Assembly: GCA_048938005.1 (NCBI GenBank)
Contig: JBHLMQ010000003.1
Location: forward strand, 1-64,000
Direction of reading: 5' to 3'
Length of the DNA: 64,000 nt
Source of the DNA: Promethearchaeota archaeon
Lineage (GTDB): Archaea; Asgardarchaeota; Lokiarchaeia; Sigyniarchaeales; SOKP01
Each line of letters opens with the position of its first letter. Position 1 is the stretch's first letter. Of the stretch, positions 38,785 through 49,446 are shown piece after piece. The notes under the pieces were generated by a model. That model was not told the DNA's origin. It saw nothing but the letters and a program-made list of their open reading frames with translations, and searched no databases. A program made the translations under genes and the position numbers.

Positions 38785-39308
38785 TCTTTTCTTCTCCTCC
38801 TAACTGATATTTTATCTAATTCTTTCTTAATAATATTTATAACTCTTAAACGTTCTGAAGGATTTATAGCTGTTAATCCATATGTTTTGACATGAAGTAT
38901 ATCCTCAACCCTTTTATAATCCATTCGACCATCTTTTTTTATTAAATCTTGCTTATTCGCAATAGCTATAATTGGACACTCTTTCCCTACAAAATGACAA
39001 ACATAATTAATTAATTCTCTTGAATTTAGTACATTTTTAGGTGTTGAGTCGGTAATAATGAATACAATATCAGAACCTAAAAGATAATCACTTGAATAAG
39101 TCTTTAGGTATGATTTTTGCCCCCCAAGATCCCATATTCTTAAAAAGTAATCGTCAAACTTAACTGTTTTTAAATCTAAACCATGAGTAGGAAAGTATAA
39201 TCGTTCTATTTCATTTTGAGCTAAGAGTTTTGCTAATGTAGTTTTTCCCGTGGCAGGATATCCAATTAATGTCAACTTTGCCAATTTGTCTATTTCAGAA
39301 CTTAACAT
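38781..39308 (-). CDS. Arf-like small GTPase
   Basis: GYPATGKT, PTHG, WDLGGQ, ANKQD, TAI. Confidence 0.9.
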   Translation of the reverse strand: MLSSEIDKLAKLTLIGYPATGKTTLAKLLAQNEIERLYFPTHGLDLKTVKFDDYFLRIWDLGGQKSYLKTYSSDYLLGSDIVFIITDSTPKNVLNSRELINYVCHFVGKECPIIAIANKQDLIKKDGRMDYKRVEDILHVKTYGLTAINPSERLRVINIIKKELDKISVRRRRKE

Positions 39309-39419
39309 TTCATTTCACTAAATTAAGTGATTTCATAAGAAAGTATGAAATGAAATTGAATATCAATTTGGATAATATCTAAGTAATACGAAATAAATGT
39401 GAGATTTAGAGAAATTAAA

Positions 39420-40145
39420 TTATTTACTCTTCAAAAGGAGTTTTTTCATCCATTTAGGTAGTAAGAATCCTCCATACCACAAAATAGCACTAATTATCAA
39501 AATTAATCTAGTAATAACTATTGTAATTTCATTTAAAGGTATAGATGAGTCTAAGACAGCACCTACAGCAAAGAATATATATGCCATAATAAGCAATTTT
39601 CCTTTTAATTTTACTTCAAGATCATCAGATTTAAGAGAAAGGCGAGCAAAAAGAATGCCGCTAAAAATGACTATTATTAAAAAAGAGATGAGATATACTA
39701 AGATAAAAGATTCATATCTTACATCCACTGGAGGCGTTAACATTCCTATTTGAGACGGATCTATAAAGAGCAAAATAAAGAAGACAATTTCAAAAATTAG
39801 TCCATATATACTAAATATCAATAGAATTAATTTTCTTTTCTCTGTGTATAGAAATTCTGTAAAAGCTATTAACCAAAGAATAATGGCAAAAGGAGTAAAA
39901 ACGTTCCCAATTAAGAAATAAAGCCACTCAGGGATTCCGGATCCATTTATCAACGCTACTATAAATGATACACTCGAGCTCCACCAACTACTAGAAATAA
40001 ACAACCATGTTGTTCCAACATAGAAATACACTTTTTCTCTGTATCTAAAATATCTTGATAAGATTATAAGACCAACCATTATGGAAATAGCAACAAAAAC
40101 AAGACTAAACGTTCCATTTACAATATCTAAAGGGTATAATGTCAT
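39420..40145 (-). CDS. 7-TM membrane protein
   Basis: Seven hydrophobic segments, C-terminal GFLLPKW; no soluble domain. Confidence 0.7.
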   Translation of the reverse strand: MTLYPLDIVNGTFSLVFVAISIMVGLIILSRYFRYREKVYFYVGTTWLFISSSWWSSSVSFIVALINGSGIPEWLYFLIGNVFTPFAIILWLIAFTEFLYTEKRKLILLIFSIYGLIFEIVFFILLFIDPSQIGMLTPPVDVRYESFILVYLISFLIIVIFSGILFARLSLKSDDLEVKLKGKLLIMAYIFFAVGAVLDSSIPLNEITIVITRLILIISAILWYGGFLLPKWMKKLLLKSK

Positions 40146-40244
40146 TTCTGATATTCATTTTATTTTTATTGGTATAAATAAAGATTAAGAGATTGGATTA
40201 TATAAATATTGAAACTTTTTTCAGATAAATTATTATTTAAGAAT

Positions 40245-42134
40245 TTAAATATTATATAGGAATATTAGCAATATTAATGAAAAAAATGTTGGAGCAATTA
40301 AACTTATTGTTAACAAACTTTGAGAAACTCTAATGCATTCCTTAAGTGTATCGATTATAACATTAAAATATTGCGGATCTCCCCAAACTTTAACGTTTTC
40401 ATAAGAATCCTTATAATAAAATTCAACTGGCTCTAAATCTTCTTCTGCTTTTTCGATTAATGTTTCTAACTTTTCAAGAATAAGATCTGTTTTTATTTTA
40501 TCACCAATTGGTGAATATCCTCTATTTGAAAATTGGCGAGCAACTGTATGTGAATCTGATGTGGTAATTTCTCCTTTTTCTATACCCCGATTTTGTAAAA
40601 AATTTAGGATATTAGACCGAACTTCTACATAGGCATTATTTCCATCAAAGTGAATTAAGACACTTTTCTGATCTGTGTGTTTATTCTTAAACAAATGAAC
40701 AACCATTCCCCCAGCTCCAATCCCTTCATTTTCGGAATATTCTTCTATTTGATCTTTCGCAACTCCATATAACATAGGAACTTTTTGAAGTTTTTTAACA
40801 CTTTCACTCTCCATATATTTTTTAGTAACATCAATTATATCTTTTGCTTCTATTGTATCTTTTTTAATTAAAACCTCATCCCCAATTATAGCATTATGAG
40901 AATCTATGATGATTATTTCTTTATAACCATTAGAAATAGCAATGTTTCTTATATCTTCTCCGACTTCTGATTCAATATCGTCAGAAGGAAGTGGATGTCT
41001 TGTTACAAACACAATTGGGACTTTATCTATTTCTGTACCAATGAGCTTAGCTGAATTAGAAATTTTTCTAGTAAAATCCTTAATTTCTCCTATCCATTTA
41101 ACTTCATTACTATTAATTATTTCAGTGATATCTTGTTTAATTCTCTCAATAATTACCTCAACATAACCTTGGGTCGTTAAATTTTGAGTATGATCATTTG
41201 TTGTATGATAAACTGTAATTCCTGGAATATCACAAAATTCTTTATATATATGTTCTGGTAAATCAGACGACCCACAAGTCTTAAAAGGTCCAAAATGAAC
41301 ATTTGGTATTACTAGTAATCCTTTTATCTTTTTTGTTTTTATACTTCGGATTAGTAAATATTGAATTTTCACATTTGATTCTAGACCAACTGCATCAAAA
41401 TAACTTTCAATGAGATCGTCATTACCATCAGTCATCATTGAAAGAACAAAAGCTCTAATAAACGAATATCCTCGCATTCCAGTTGCTTCTTGATAGATAT
41501 TACTTACTCGAAATAATCCTCTTCTATATGGAATCGCGAACAATAAGGCACATCCAACGAAAAAAACCATAGCTTTAATAAAAAAGAAAATATCAAATTG
41601 TTGACCAGTATATACACTATAAAGAACTATTGCTGTAATGGGTTGAATTAATGATAAAATTAAATTACCACGACGACCTGCAGTTGTAAATGAAAAATAA
41701 ATAACAAAAGCAATGATGTATGAAATTATAACTCCTAAAATAAGAAATATTTCTTGTTGTCTGATATCATTCAAAAGGATAGCCACAATCTGGCCAAAAA
41801 TGATTGTGACTTCAATAATAGCGCTAAAAAATGCATTTATTTGAACTGACCATCCAATTGGAGGTGCTTTTAAGATTGGGGCCTTCTTTGAATAAAATAA
41901 AATTGAAAATAATGTACCACATCCTGAAGTAATTAGGAAAAAAAATGAGAAACGCAAAAAGTGAAATAGATCAAAATATATCCCTGTTAAGAAATAATTT
42001 AATAGTGATGATAGTAAACCAAAAATAATTGGAATCCCAAAAAATATAAAATAGGCTAACTTTTTGGATGAAAATAATTCCATATACGAAATAATACCTG
42101 GTATTTGACGGGTAGGTTTTTTTTTTATAATCAT
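40245..42134 (-). CDS. DUF2070-family membrane protein
   Basis: N-terminal TMs; HFGPF..GSS.LP, IDSHN, DGNN, TSDSH. Confidence 0.8.
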   Translation of the reverse strand: MIIKKKPTRQIPGIISYMELFSSKKLAYFIFFGIPIIFGLLSSLLNYFLTGIYFDLFHFLRFSFFFLITSGCGTLFSILFYSKKAPILKAPPIGWSVQINAFFSAIIEVTIIFGQIVAILLNDIRQQEIFLILGVIISYIIAFVIYFSFTTAGRRGNLILSLIQPITAIVLYSVYTGQQFDIFFFIKAMVFFVGCALLFAIPYRRGLFRVSNIYQEATGMRGYSFIRAFVLSMMTDGNDDLIESYFDAVGLESNVKIQYLLIRSIKTKKIKGLLVIPNVHFGPFKTCGSSDLPEHIYKEFCDIPGITVYHTTNDHTQNLTTQGYVEVIIERIKQDITEIINSNEVKWIGEIKDFTRKISNSAKLIGTEIDKVPIVFVTRHPLPSDDIESEVGEDIRNIAISNGYKEIIIIDSHNAIIGDEVLIKKDTIEAKDIIDVTKKYMESESVKKLQKVPMLYGVAKDQIEEYSENEGIGAGGMVVHLFKNKHTDQKSVLIHFDGNNAYVEVRSNILNFLQNRGIEKGEITTSDSHTVARQFSNRGYSPIGDKIKTDLILEKLETLIEKAEEDLEPVEFYYKDSYENVKVWGDPQYFNVIIDTLKECIRVSQSLLTISLIAPTFFSLILLIFLYNI

Positions 42135-42276
42135 AAACGTTTAAATTGAATGAATTGTAATTAGTAATACTTAATTGAAAAAAAACCTTCTTTTGTATTG
42201 AATAATTCATAAAATTTTATCTTTAATATAAATAATTATAGATAGTATAAAATCAAAAAATTATTTTTAAAAGAAT

Positions 42277-43374
42277 ATGGAGCCTAATTTACCAAGATTG
42301 CGAAGTTTAGCGAATAAGACATTTACTGAAATTCTTACAGATGGATTTAAATTGTTTATTCAAAGTTATAAAACAATAATTTTACCATTAGCTCTTTTCC
42401 AAGTAATATTAATTATACTAGATATATTTTTATTGACCGATATTAGGTGGCAAATTGATTCTTTTGGTATAAATTTTGCTTCCTTAATGGAAAGATTTGT
42501 TGAAGGAACATCACTTACCGAAAATGAATGGAACACTTTAACCTACTTTCTTTTACTGAATATAACTTTATTATACCTTCAAAATTTAATAGGCGCAATA
42601 CTAATTACAATTGCTATGTGTTCAGTTAGCAATTATGTTTTTAAAAAATATATGAATGAGGATGTCAGGTTTATAGAATCATTTAAATCAGCATTTAATA
42701 AAAAAATGTTCTTAGTTATTCTATTAATTGGAATATGTTTACCATTCAGTTCTCTATTATTATTCTTTCCTGTTATTATTATATTTGGTTTTTACATCTT
42801 TTTAGTATTCACTTATAATATAAATGATAATAATGCTAATCCCATTACAGAAGCTCGTGCTATTGCTAAGGGTGGTTTCTGGAAAATAATAGGAGTTTTT
42901 GTTATCAATGTAATTTTTATTTTTGTAATAAGTTTCATGTTTAATTCCCTATTAGATTTCATTTTAAACACAACTTCAACATCATTTAATGCTAGTGTAG
43001 CTAGTTGGTATAATCCAACAACAAGAAATTATGGAATGTTAATTCTATATCAAATACTCTTCAGCATTGTTGAGATCATTTTTGCACCATTATTTATTTG
43101 TTTATTGACCGTTTTATTTTCATCTTTAAAAGCTAGAAAAGATTTAAAATATCAATTTCAACAAGGATATTCTCCTGTAAGGGATTATTATCAAGAATCA
43201 TATCAATACCCTAAAGAAGAATCCTATGAAGTTATTGAAACAGAGAAAAGTACATCCCTACCAGAGATAAAGATTGATGGTAGATTCTATTGCCCATTTT
43301 GTGGAACATTTATTCAAATACCAAAGAAATTTTGCCCGAAATGTGGTGAGCATTTAAATTTTATAAATAAATAA
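42277..43374 (+). CDS. Polytopic membrane protein with Tyr-rich linker and C-terminal zinc ribbon
   Basis: About 6 TM; tail YYQESYQYP...FYCPFCGTFIQIPKKFCPKCGEHL. Confidence 0.75.
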   Translation: MEPNLPRLRSLANKTFTEILTDGFKLFIQSYKTIILPLALFQVILIILDIFLLTDIRWQIDSFGINFASLMERFVEGTSLTENEWNTLTYFLLLNITLLYLQNLIGAILITIAMCSVSNYVFKKYMNEDVRFIESFKSAFNKKMFLVILLIGICLPFSSLLLFFPVIIIFGFYIFLVFTYNINDNNANPITEARAIAKGGFWKIIGVFVINVIFIFVISFMFNSLLDFILNTTSTSFNASVASWYNPTTRNYGMLILYQILFSIVEIIFAPLFICLLTVLFSSLKARKDLKYQFQQGYSPVRDYYQESYQYPKEESYEVIETEKSTSLPEIKIDGRFYCPFCGTFIQIPKKFCPKCGEHLNFINK

Positions 43375-43385
43375 TTAAAAATTAA

Positions 43386-44186
43386 TTGAGAATAATGTAT
43401 ATAAATATTGAAAGAAAATTTGATTTAGAAAAAAAGAATCTTAAGAATCCGGTTGTGTTAATTGGATGGCCGGGTATTGCATTAGTAGCAAAATTAGCAA
43501 TTACATCTATAAAAGAATCTATAAATGCAGAAGAATTTATGAGCATTCAATGCTTTGATTTCCCTCCCAAATCAATCGTAGAAAAAGGCTCCTTAGAAAT
43601 ACCAACAGCAAAGTTATATTATAAACCAACAGATAAAGAAGATGGAAATGATTTTTTCATTTTGACGGCAAGTTATCAACCACAGAATCCTGAGGGTGTA
43701 TTTGAATTTTCTAAAATTTTTTGTGAAGAAATGAATAAGATAACTGGGGGGAATATAAAAATGTATGTGAGCACGGGTGCTATGATTTCTGATATTTTAC
43801 ATGATACACCTGTAGTGTATGTCTGTGGAACCGATCAAAATTTAGTTAAAACCTTCTTAGATTTTGAGCATACTAAATTATATGAAGGAGGATATATCTC
43901 TGGAGCAAATGGTATTTTACCAGCATGGGCAGGAGCAAATGGCTATGCTCCAGGAATATGTTTACTCGCAGAAACTCTTCCTTTACCTATGATGACTTTA
44001 GATCCTCGCAGTTCTAAGGCTCTTGTCACTTTATTGAAAGAATATTTCTCAATAGATATGGATTTTAGTAAACTTAATGAAAAAATTAAAGAAATGGAAA
44101 ACATTTTTGAATCATTTAAGAAACAAGCTGATCAATTCATGAAGCCACCACGTGAAGATAAAGGGGTAGATTCGTATTTTCGTTAA
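43386..44186 (+). CDS. PAC2-family proteasome assembly chaperone
   Basis: GWPGIALVAKL, ISGANG, CLLAET, DPRSS; ends SYFR. Confidence 0.85.
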   Translation: MRIMYINIERKFDLEKKNLKNPVVLIGWPGIALVAKLAITSIKESINAEEFMSIQCFDFPPKSIVEKGSLEIPTAKLYYKPTDKEDGNDFFILTASYQPQNPEGVFEFSKIFCEEMNKITGGNIKMYVSTGAMISDILHDTPVVYVCGTDQNLVKTFLDFEHTKLYEGGYISGANGILPAWAGANGYAPGICLLAETLPLPMMTLDPRSSKALVTLLKEYFSIDMDFSKLNEKIKEMENIFESFKKQADQFMKPPREDKGVDSYFR

Positions 44187-44335
44187 AGATATTTTATTTT
44201 TTTAATAAAACAAATTTTTAATAGAATAGACTTTTAATAATATTATTTAACATAAAAATCAAATTTACTCTTTTAATTAATTTTTATAAAAAAAAGATCT
44301 TTGAATAATTAATACCAAATTTGCTTTATTGAGTT

Positions 44336-45334
44336 ATGGTGCTAAAAACAAGTATCATTGAGAGCAATAGGAAAATCAAGGAGAGGATTTCAACCAAACT
44401 AAGTGGAATAAATGAAAAATCCAGTAACTATATTAAAGATATTATTACTTTGATTAATAAAGAAATAGGAGTTAATAAAGTCTTATCAATTTTGTTATTT
44501 GGGAGCCAGAGAGCAAAAAATAAGGAAGAAGCCTCTAAAATTTCTGATTGTGATTTACTGATTATCTTTAAGGATAGAGTCTCAAATCATCATATTAAAG
44601 AAATTGAAAAATATTTTATCGCATTAGAAATCAAACATAATTTTAGAGAATTTAATAAACACATTTCTAAAAGGATTTTAGGTGTAATCAATCAAACAAC
44701 AGGCATATTTGTAAGTCACTTCTTAACTAAAAAGAAATATTGGGAAGAAGTTGTCTTTCATAAAATATTTCGAGTAAATAAAGTTTTTTCATCTGTTTTT
44801 GCACCTCGAAATATTGTATTAGGTAATGTATTATTAAATAGTTCAGTTTTATACGGGGATGATTTAAGAGAAAGAATTCGACCAAAAATTCAAATTACTA
44901 CAGGAGAAATGTTTAGAAGTACTGTTATGAATCTCATGATTTCCCTTTTCTCTCTAGCGATATCATTTCTAAAAAATTTAAAGCCAACAAAATATCAGTT
45001 AGAAGCGATAAAATGGGCTTTAAAATCATCGAATTATTACTGTTTTCGAGATTCGGAAGGTCTTACTAGAGTTTCTGAACGATTTATCTCTTTTGAAAGA
45101 AAAAAAGCACAGAAAAAGGCGAGAAGATTTTTTTCTGAATTCCTCCAATTAAGAAAATTACCTCGTAATAATATGAATTTTATGATACGATGTCCTTTAC
45201 GAATAATTAAAATTCATATAAGAGCCCTTTTATACAAGAAATTGATAAAAAGAAAAGAAAATTTAAGAATTTCTTCTGAGCGAATTAAATCTAGGCCAAT
45301 TATCCCGAATCATACGTTTCCCTTAAAAATTTAA
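44336..45334 (+). CDS. Pol-beta-superfamily nucleotidyltransferase-domain protein
   Basis: ILLFGS...SDCDLLII; VLYGDDL; basic helical C-terminus. Confidence 0.65.
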   Translation: MVLKTSIIESNRKIKERISTKLSGINEKSSNYIKDIITLINKEIGVNKVLSILLFGSQRAKNKEEASKISDCDLLIIFKDRVSNHHIKEIEKYFIALEIKHNFREFNKHISKRILGVINQTTGIFVSHFLTKKKYWEEVVFHKIFRVNKVFSSVFAPRNIVLGNVLLNSSVLYGDDLRERIRPKIQITTGEMFRSTVMNLMISLFSLAISFLKNLKPTKYQLEAIKWALKSSNYYCFRDSEGLTRVSERFISFERKKAQKKARRFFSEFLQLRKLPRNNMNFMIRCPLRIIKIHIRALLYKKLIKRKENLRISSERIKSRPIIPNHTFPLKI

Positions 45335-45491
45335 GCTTCTAATATCAAATTTGGAAAATCGAAATGCATTTCTTGAAATTCTAAATATAAAAATATAAAT
45401 ACTTTTTAATTTATTTAAAATTGTATTATAATCAGATTTTTTTTATAACAATCCTATAAATTAGTAAGAATATAAAAAATAGGTCTAAAAT

Positions 45492-46040
45492 ATGGTAGAA
45501 GAAATCGATATTCGGGAACTATTTTTCGACATATTAGATATTGTCAAATTTGAACTTAAATTTTATAGGTATAAAGAGTCTCCTATGTTTGAACGCATTG
45601 TAAAGACTCGTGTTTTCCAACAAAAATTACAAAAATTAAAGGATTTTATCAATACATATTTTGATATTATGTATAAAGATGAGGAGAGCCCAATTAATCA
45701 AGCTGCCCTTCAGACACAACTCGACAATATCGCCCGATTAACAAATTATTATGATGATTTATCAGATTTCTATACAGATCACACAAAATTAATGATCACT
45801 AAGGAAAAGCTACAAGCCTTAATTGATTATTCGCACGTCGAGGTCCTGTTCCTAGTGTTTACAAATATATTAGATTGGGAGCATTACAAGGCAAGCTTAC
45901 TATTCCCCACTGATAAGGCTAAAGAAAAATTACTAAAGGAGTTCCTCGCCAAACTTGCAAGCTCCGAAATTAAAGGTGTAGAAGACATTGTTGATTTAGA
46001 ACAATCTATAGAAAGTTTCGTTCAGAGCATTGAAATTTAA
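45492..46040 (+). CDS. Hypothetical helical protein
   Basis: 182-aa ORF with ATG and aggt SD-like motif; no motif recognised. Confidence 0.6.
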   Translation: MVEEIDIRELFFDILDIVKFELKFYRYKESPMFERIVKTRVFQQKLQKLKDFINTYFDIMYKDEESPINQAALQTQLDNIARLTNYYDDLSDFYTDHTKLMITKEKLQALIDYSHVEVLFLVFTNILDWEHYKASLLFPTDKAKEKLLKEFLAKLASSEIKGVEDIVDLEQSIESFVQSIEI

Positions 46041-46178
46041 TTTTCAATTTAAGCTTTATTGTTATTCATTAATACGTATTTTTAATCTATAAAAAGAAAA
46101 TTTATATTAAGGCTAGATTGTTCTTTTCATAGAAATTATATATCGCTAAAATTGACTCAAGATTCTTGGTAATAATAT

Positions 46179-46673
46179 ATGGTAATAAATATTAAATTAT
46201 ATGGAGATTTAAGAGAAAAATCACCACGATTAAATAGTGATAATGGAGCTCCAAGTACATTACATATTAAAACAGATGGGATTAAAACAGTATATGATAT
46301 ATTAAATAAATTTGGAATAAGACTAGACGAAATCAGTCACATCTTTATAAATAGTAAATATTCCGGACCGGGAAAAGAAGTTAAAAACGGTGATCGAATT
46401 GGAATATTTCCTAAGAGAATGGGATTAATGTTTGTTGAAATACCTTACTCTAATTCTATAATAATCACAATAAAGTTATTTGCTAATTTAAGAAAATATG
46501 GTCCATCTGAAGCTAACTTAGCAATGTCTGAAGGTAGCACGATCAATTCGATAATAAAGCGTTATAAATTTCCCAAAAACTTAGAAAAATTAAAATTTTT
46601 AATCAATGGGAAACAAACTCATAACAAGAATTATGTATTAAAAAATAGAGATACGATTTCTATTCTTCCATAG
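46179..46673 (+). CDS. Tandem MoaD/ThiS-like (beta-grasp) two-domain protein lacking C-terminal GG
   Basis: IKLYGDLR...VKNGDRIGIFP and IKLFANLR...LKNRDTISILP*. Confidence 0.75.
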   Translation: MVINIKLYGDLREKSPRLNSDNGAPSTLHIKTDGIKTVYDILNKFGIRLDEISHIFINSKYSGPGKEVKNGDRIGIFPKRMGLMFVEIPYSNSIIITIKLFANLRKYGPSEANLAMSEGSTINSIIKRYKFPKNLEKLKFLINGKQTHNKNYVLKNRDTISILP

Positions 46674-46838
46674 AATGATTGATGAGAGAATTTTCATATA
46701 TTAAAATAAGGAAAAGACCTTTTTTCATATGAGAAAAGAGACAATAGAATAATATAAATATACGATTTATTATGTATTTGCTTAAGCAATGTAGAGATCG
46801 TAAATAATTTAATATAATTTCGAAATTATTTTTTTAAA

Positions 46839-47105
46839 ATGGCCGATTGTTTCGACAAAATACTGGATATTTATACCAATAGTGAGGTAAAGAGATATAA
46901 AGCTCTAATTAAATTAATGAAGGATCTCGAAAAAGATATATCAAACGCAATACGAGTCAGAAATTGTTTAATTTTATTACTTAATTTATGCTTTAATCCA
47001 AACGCTCCTGATTATGCTTTTAATAAAGGTAAATCGCCACAAGAGCTTTCTGAACAAGAAAAGATCGAAATGCAAGATCTATTACGATGTGAATTTAATA
47101 ACTAA
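46839..47105 (+). CDS. Small hypothetical protein
   Basis: 88-aa ORF with ATG filling an intergenic gap. Confidence 0.5.
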   Translation: MADCFDKILDIYTNSEVKRYKALIKLMKDLEKDISNAIRVRNCLILLLNLCFNPNAPDYAFNKGKSPQELSEQEKIEMQDLLRCEFNN

Positions 47106-47112
47106 TTTTATT

Positions 47113-49395
47113 TTAAAAAACTTTAAGATCAATTTCTTTCCATTCATCATATTGATTAAAAATGTCATCAATTTTTCCTAAAGTTTCAATGAGAGCATTT
47201 CTTGTTTTTTTATCTTGTCTAAATGTATCCACAATTACAGCGTATAGATCCACATCATATTCTTGAGAAAGATCAGAAATTTTCTGTAAATCCTCTCTTT
47301 GAATTCCTTTTTCTTTTAATTGGTTGAAAAGAAGAAATTCAATTTCTTCTTTTAATTTGATGGTTGCACCTAGTGATTTAGTGCATTTATCATATAAATC
47401 TTGTTCCTTGTCTCTTACAATCGATTCCTCCTCTGTTAAATCAGATTTTTCTTCTACAATTTCAAGTCGTTCGCTTAATAAGTACTTTACACGTTCATAA
47501 GTTTTAATTGCTTCAGATATACTTCTTAAACCATTAAACAAATGCTGTTTTCGATTTAATCTGGCTTCAATGATTTTTAAATATGCATCTTCATAATAAG
47601 TTTGAATTTTTTGGAAGGTACTTTTCTCCCATTCACTTATTTGAACATAAATATATCGTAAATCTTTTATTAATTGTTTTTTATCTTCTCCTGTTAGATC
47701 TGGCTGATTAAGTTTAATATATATATTATTTGTCTCATGTTTAATTAAAAGAACTCTTAAATACATAATATGTGCTTTTTTTTCAATATTTGTGATACTT
47801 CTTGATACGCCTTCACGTTCACAGAATTTATAGATTGTTAATGCATCATCGAGTAATTTATTATATTTATTTTGGTCATCTAAAATATAGTATTTTGAAT
47901 CTTGAACTTTTTGAATTGCTCTGTCCATTTGGATTTCTATTTCAAATATATAATCAATTAAGCTCAATTGTTTTCTTTCTGATAAAATTCTTGATTTAGT
48001 ATTCATGTCTTTTTCTACGTTCTTACTAGCTAATAACCAGAAAAAAGCTGCTGGAAACCAGAAAAATATGCTAAAAAACATCATATTAAAGATCCCACCA
48101 AATATAGATATTAGCGTATATGAAATTAATAATGTTATTCCTTTACTTATTTGTTCTGAGAGTTTAAAAAATGAAGCCGCAGTCCCCTTGTGTTCAGGCA
48201 TATTAACATCTATCATAACTGCACTTCTGTTAGCAACAGGACCTGCTCCTAACATTGAAGCTATTAAAGCAAAAATAAAGAATATAATATAAGTTGGATA
48301 TGCAACAAAAATCGCACCAATTGTCCGAAAGATGTAGGAAAATAGCTCTTCAGTTGGAATTGTAGGAGGATATTCAATCATAATCTTTAAATCATCAGGA
48401 TCAATTGGACGTAAAGAGAGAAGTAAAACAAGAGCAAAAGGGATTGAAAGAATCAAACATATGGTAGCTAACCTTGCTCTATTTTTTTTATTGCGACGAA
48501 ATAATACATCACCTAAACGAGCAAAAAGACTATTGCCAAGAATATATCCAATTCCAATCATACCGGCAAAAATTGTCGCTGTTTGAAGCTGGATCTCAGG
48601 AGGAATTTGATCAAAATAATGAAGTACCAACATTGAAGTTGTGAAATATACTAATACAGTGCCAGGAATAATTGAGAAAAAACCCTGAATTATTAAATAA
48701 CGATTAGACTTTTTTTTTACGATGGTTTTTAAATCCTCTTTTGAAATTCGATAACTATATTCTAAGTCCAATTCAACTAACTCTAATAATTCATCTTCGC
48801 TTGCTCCACGCTGAGGAATTTTAACAAAAAAAAGGATAAATATGACTATCACACTTATTCCAGAAAGCAAAATGAATGGAAATCTCCATGTAAGAATTGG
48901 TCCCAAAAAAGAAGATAATCCTTGTCCTGCTCCATTTGAGATGGAACTTAAGATTGCTAAGGTTCCAAACCAACCTGATCTTTCCTCTGGTGGAATTGCA
49001 TCTGAAATTATTGAATACCCCACTGGTAGTACACATCCCAATCCCGCTCCACTTGCCATTCTTGAAATCACTAATGTAAGATAAGAATTGGCAGAAGCAG
49101 TTACAATCATTCCAATAGTCCAAGAAAAGGCCCCCGCCATAATCACTTTCTTTCTGTTAATTTTATCAGTATAATAACCCCAAAGTAAAGCAAAAAAAGC
49201 GCTGATTAACACAAAAAAAGCATCAGGAATTGCAATTAATGCCCTATCAATATCAAACTCATCTTGTATCTTCGTATAACTCGGAATAAGCATATTAGCA
49301 CATGCTGTTGAAATAAAAAGTAACAGCATTACTAATATAATTGGGGCGAAATCTTTGAATTTCACTTTCGTTAATTTAAAGCGTCCAATAAGCAA
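47113..49395 (-). CDS. MFS transporter with long soluble helical C-terminal extension
   Basis: WGYYTDKINRK motif A, ISD..PPEERS, about 12 TM, then about 300 aa charged helical tail. Confidence 0.85.
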   Translation of the reverse strand: MLIGRFKLTKVKFKDFAPIILVMLLLFISTACANMLIPSYTKIQDEFDIDRALIAIPDAFFVLISAFFALLWGYYTDKINRKKVIMAGAFSWTIGMIVTASANSYLTLVISRMASGAGLGCVLPVGYSIISDAIPPEERSGWFGTLAILSSISNGAGQGLSSFLGPILTWRFPFILLSGISVIVIFILFFVKIPQRGASEDELLELVELDLEYSYRISKEDLKTIVKKKSNRYLIIQGFFSIIPGTVLVYFTTSMLVLHYFDQIPPEIQLQTATIFAGMIGIGYILGNSLFARLGDVLFRRNKKNRARLATICLILSIPFALVLLLSLRPIDPDDLKIMIEYPPTIPTEELFSYIFRTIGAIFVAYPTYIIFFIFALIASMLGAGPVANRSAVMIDVNMPEHKGTAASFFKLSEQISKGITLLISYTLISIFGGIFNMMFFSIFFWFPAAFFWLLASKNVEKDMNTKSRILSERKQLSLIDYIFEIEIQMDRAIQKVQDSKYYILDDQNKYNKLLDDALTIYKFCEREGVSRSITNIEKKAHIMYLRVLLIKHETNNIYIKLNQPDLTGEDKKQLIKDLRYIYVQISEWEKSTFQKIQTYYEDAYLKIIEARLNRKQHLFNGLRSISEAIKTYERVKYLLSERLEIVEEKSDLTEEESIVRDKEQDLYDKCTKSLGATIKLKEEIEFLLFNQLKEKGIQREDLQKISDLSQEYDVDLYAVIVDTFRQDKKTRNALIETLGKIDDIFNQYDEWKEIDLKVF

Positions 49396-49446
49396 TTACC
49401 ACTCGACTATAATTATGATAAATAGCATTTGAGCCTTAAAAAAACT

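Noticed and set aside
44336-45334. CBASS cyclase or MNT-HEPN toxin-antitoxin
   Set aside because: Only the generic GS/DxD motif is visible; no adjacent effector, and no clear RxxxxH HEPN partner
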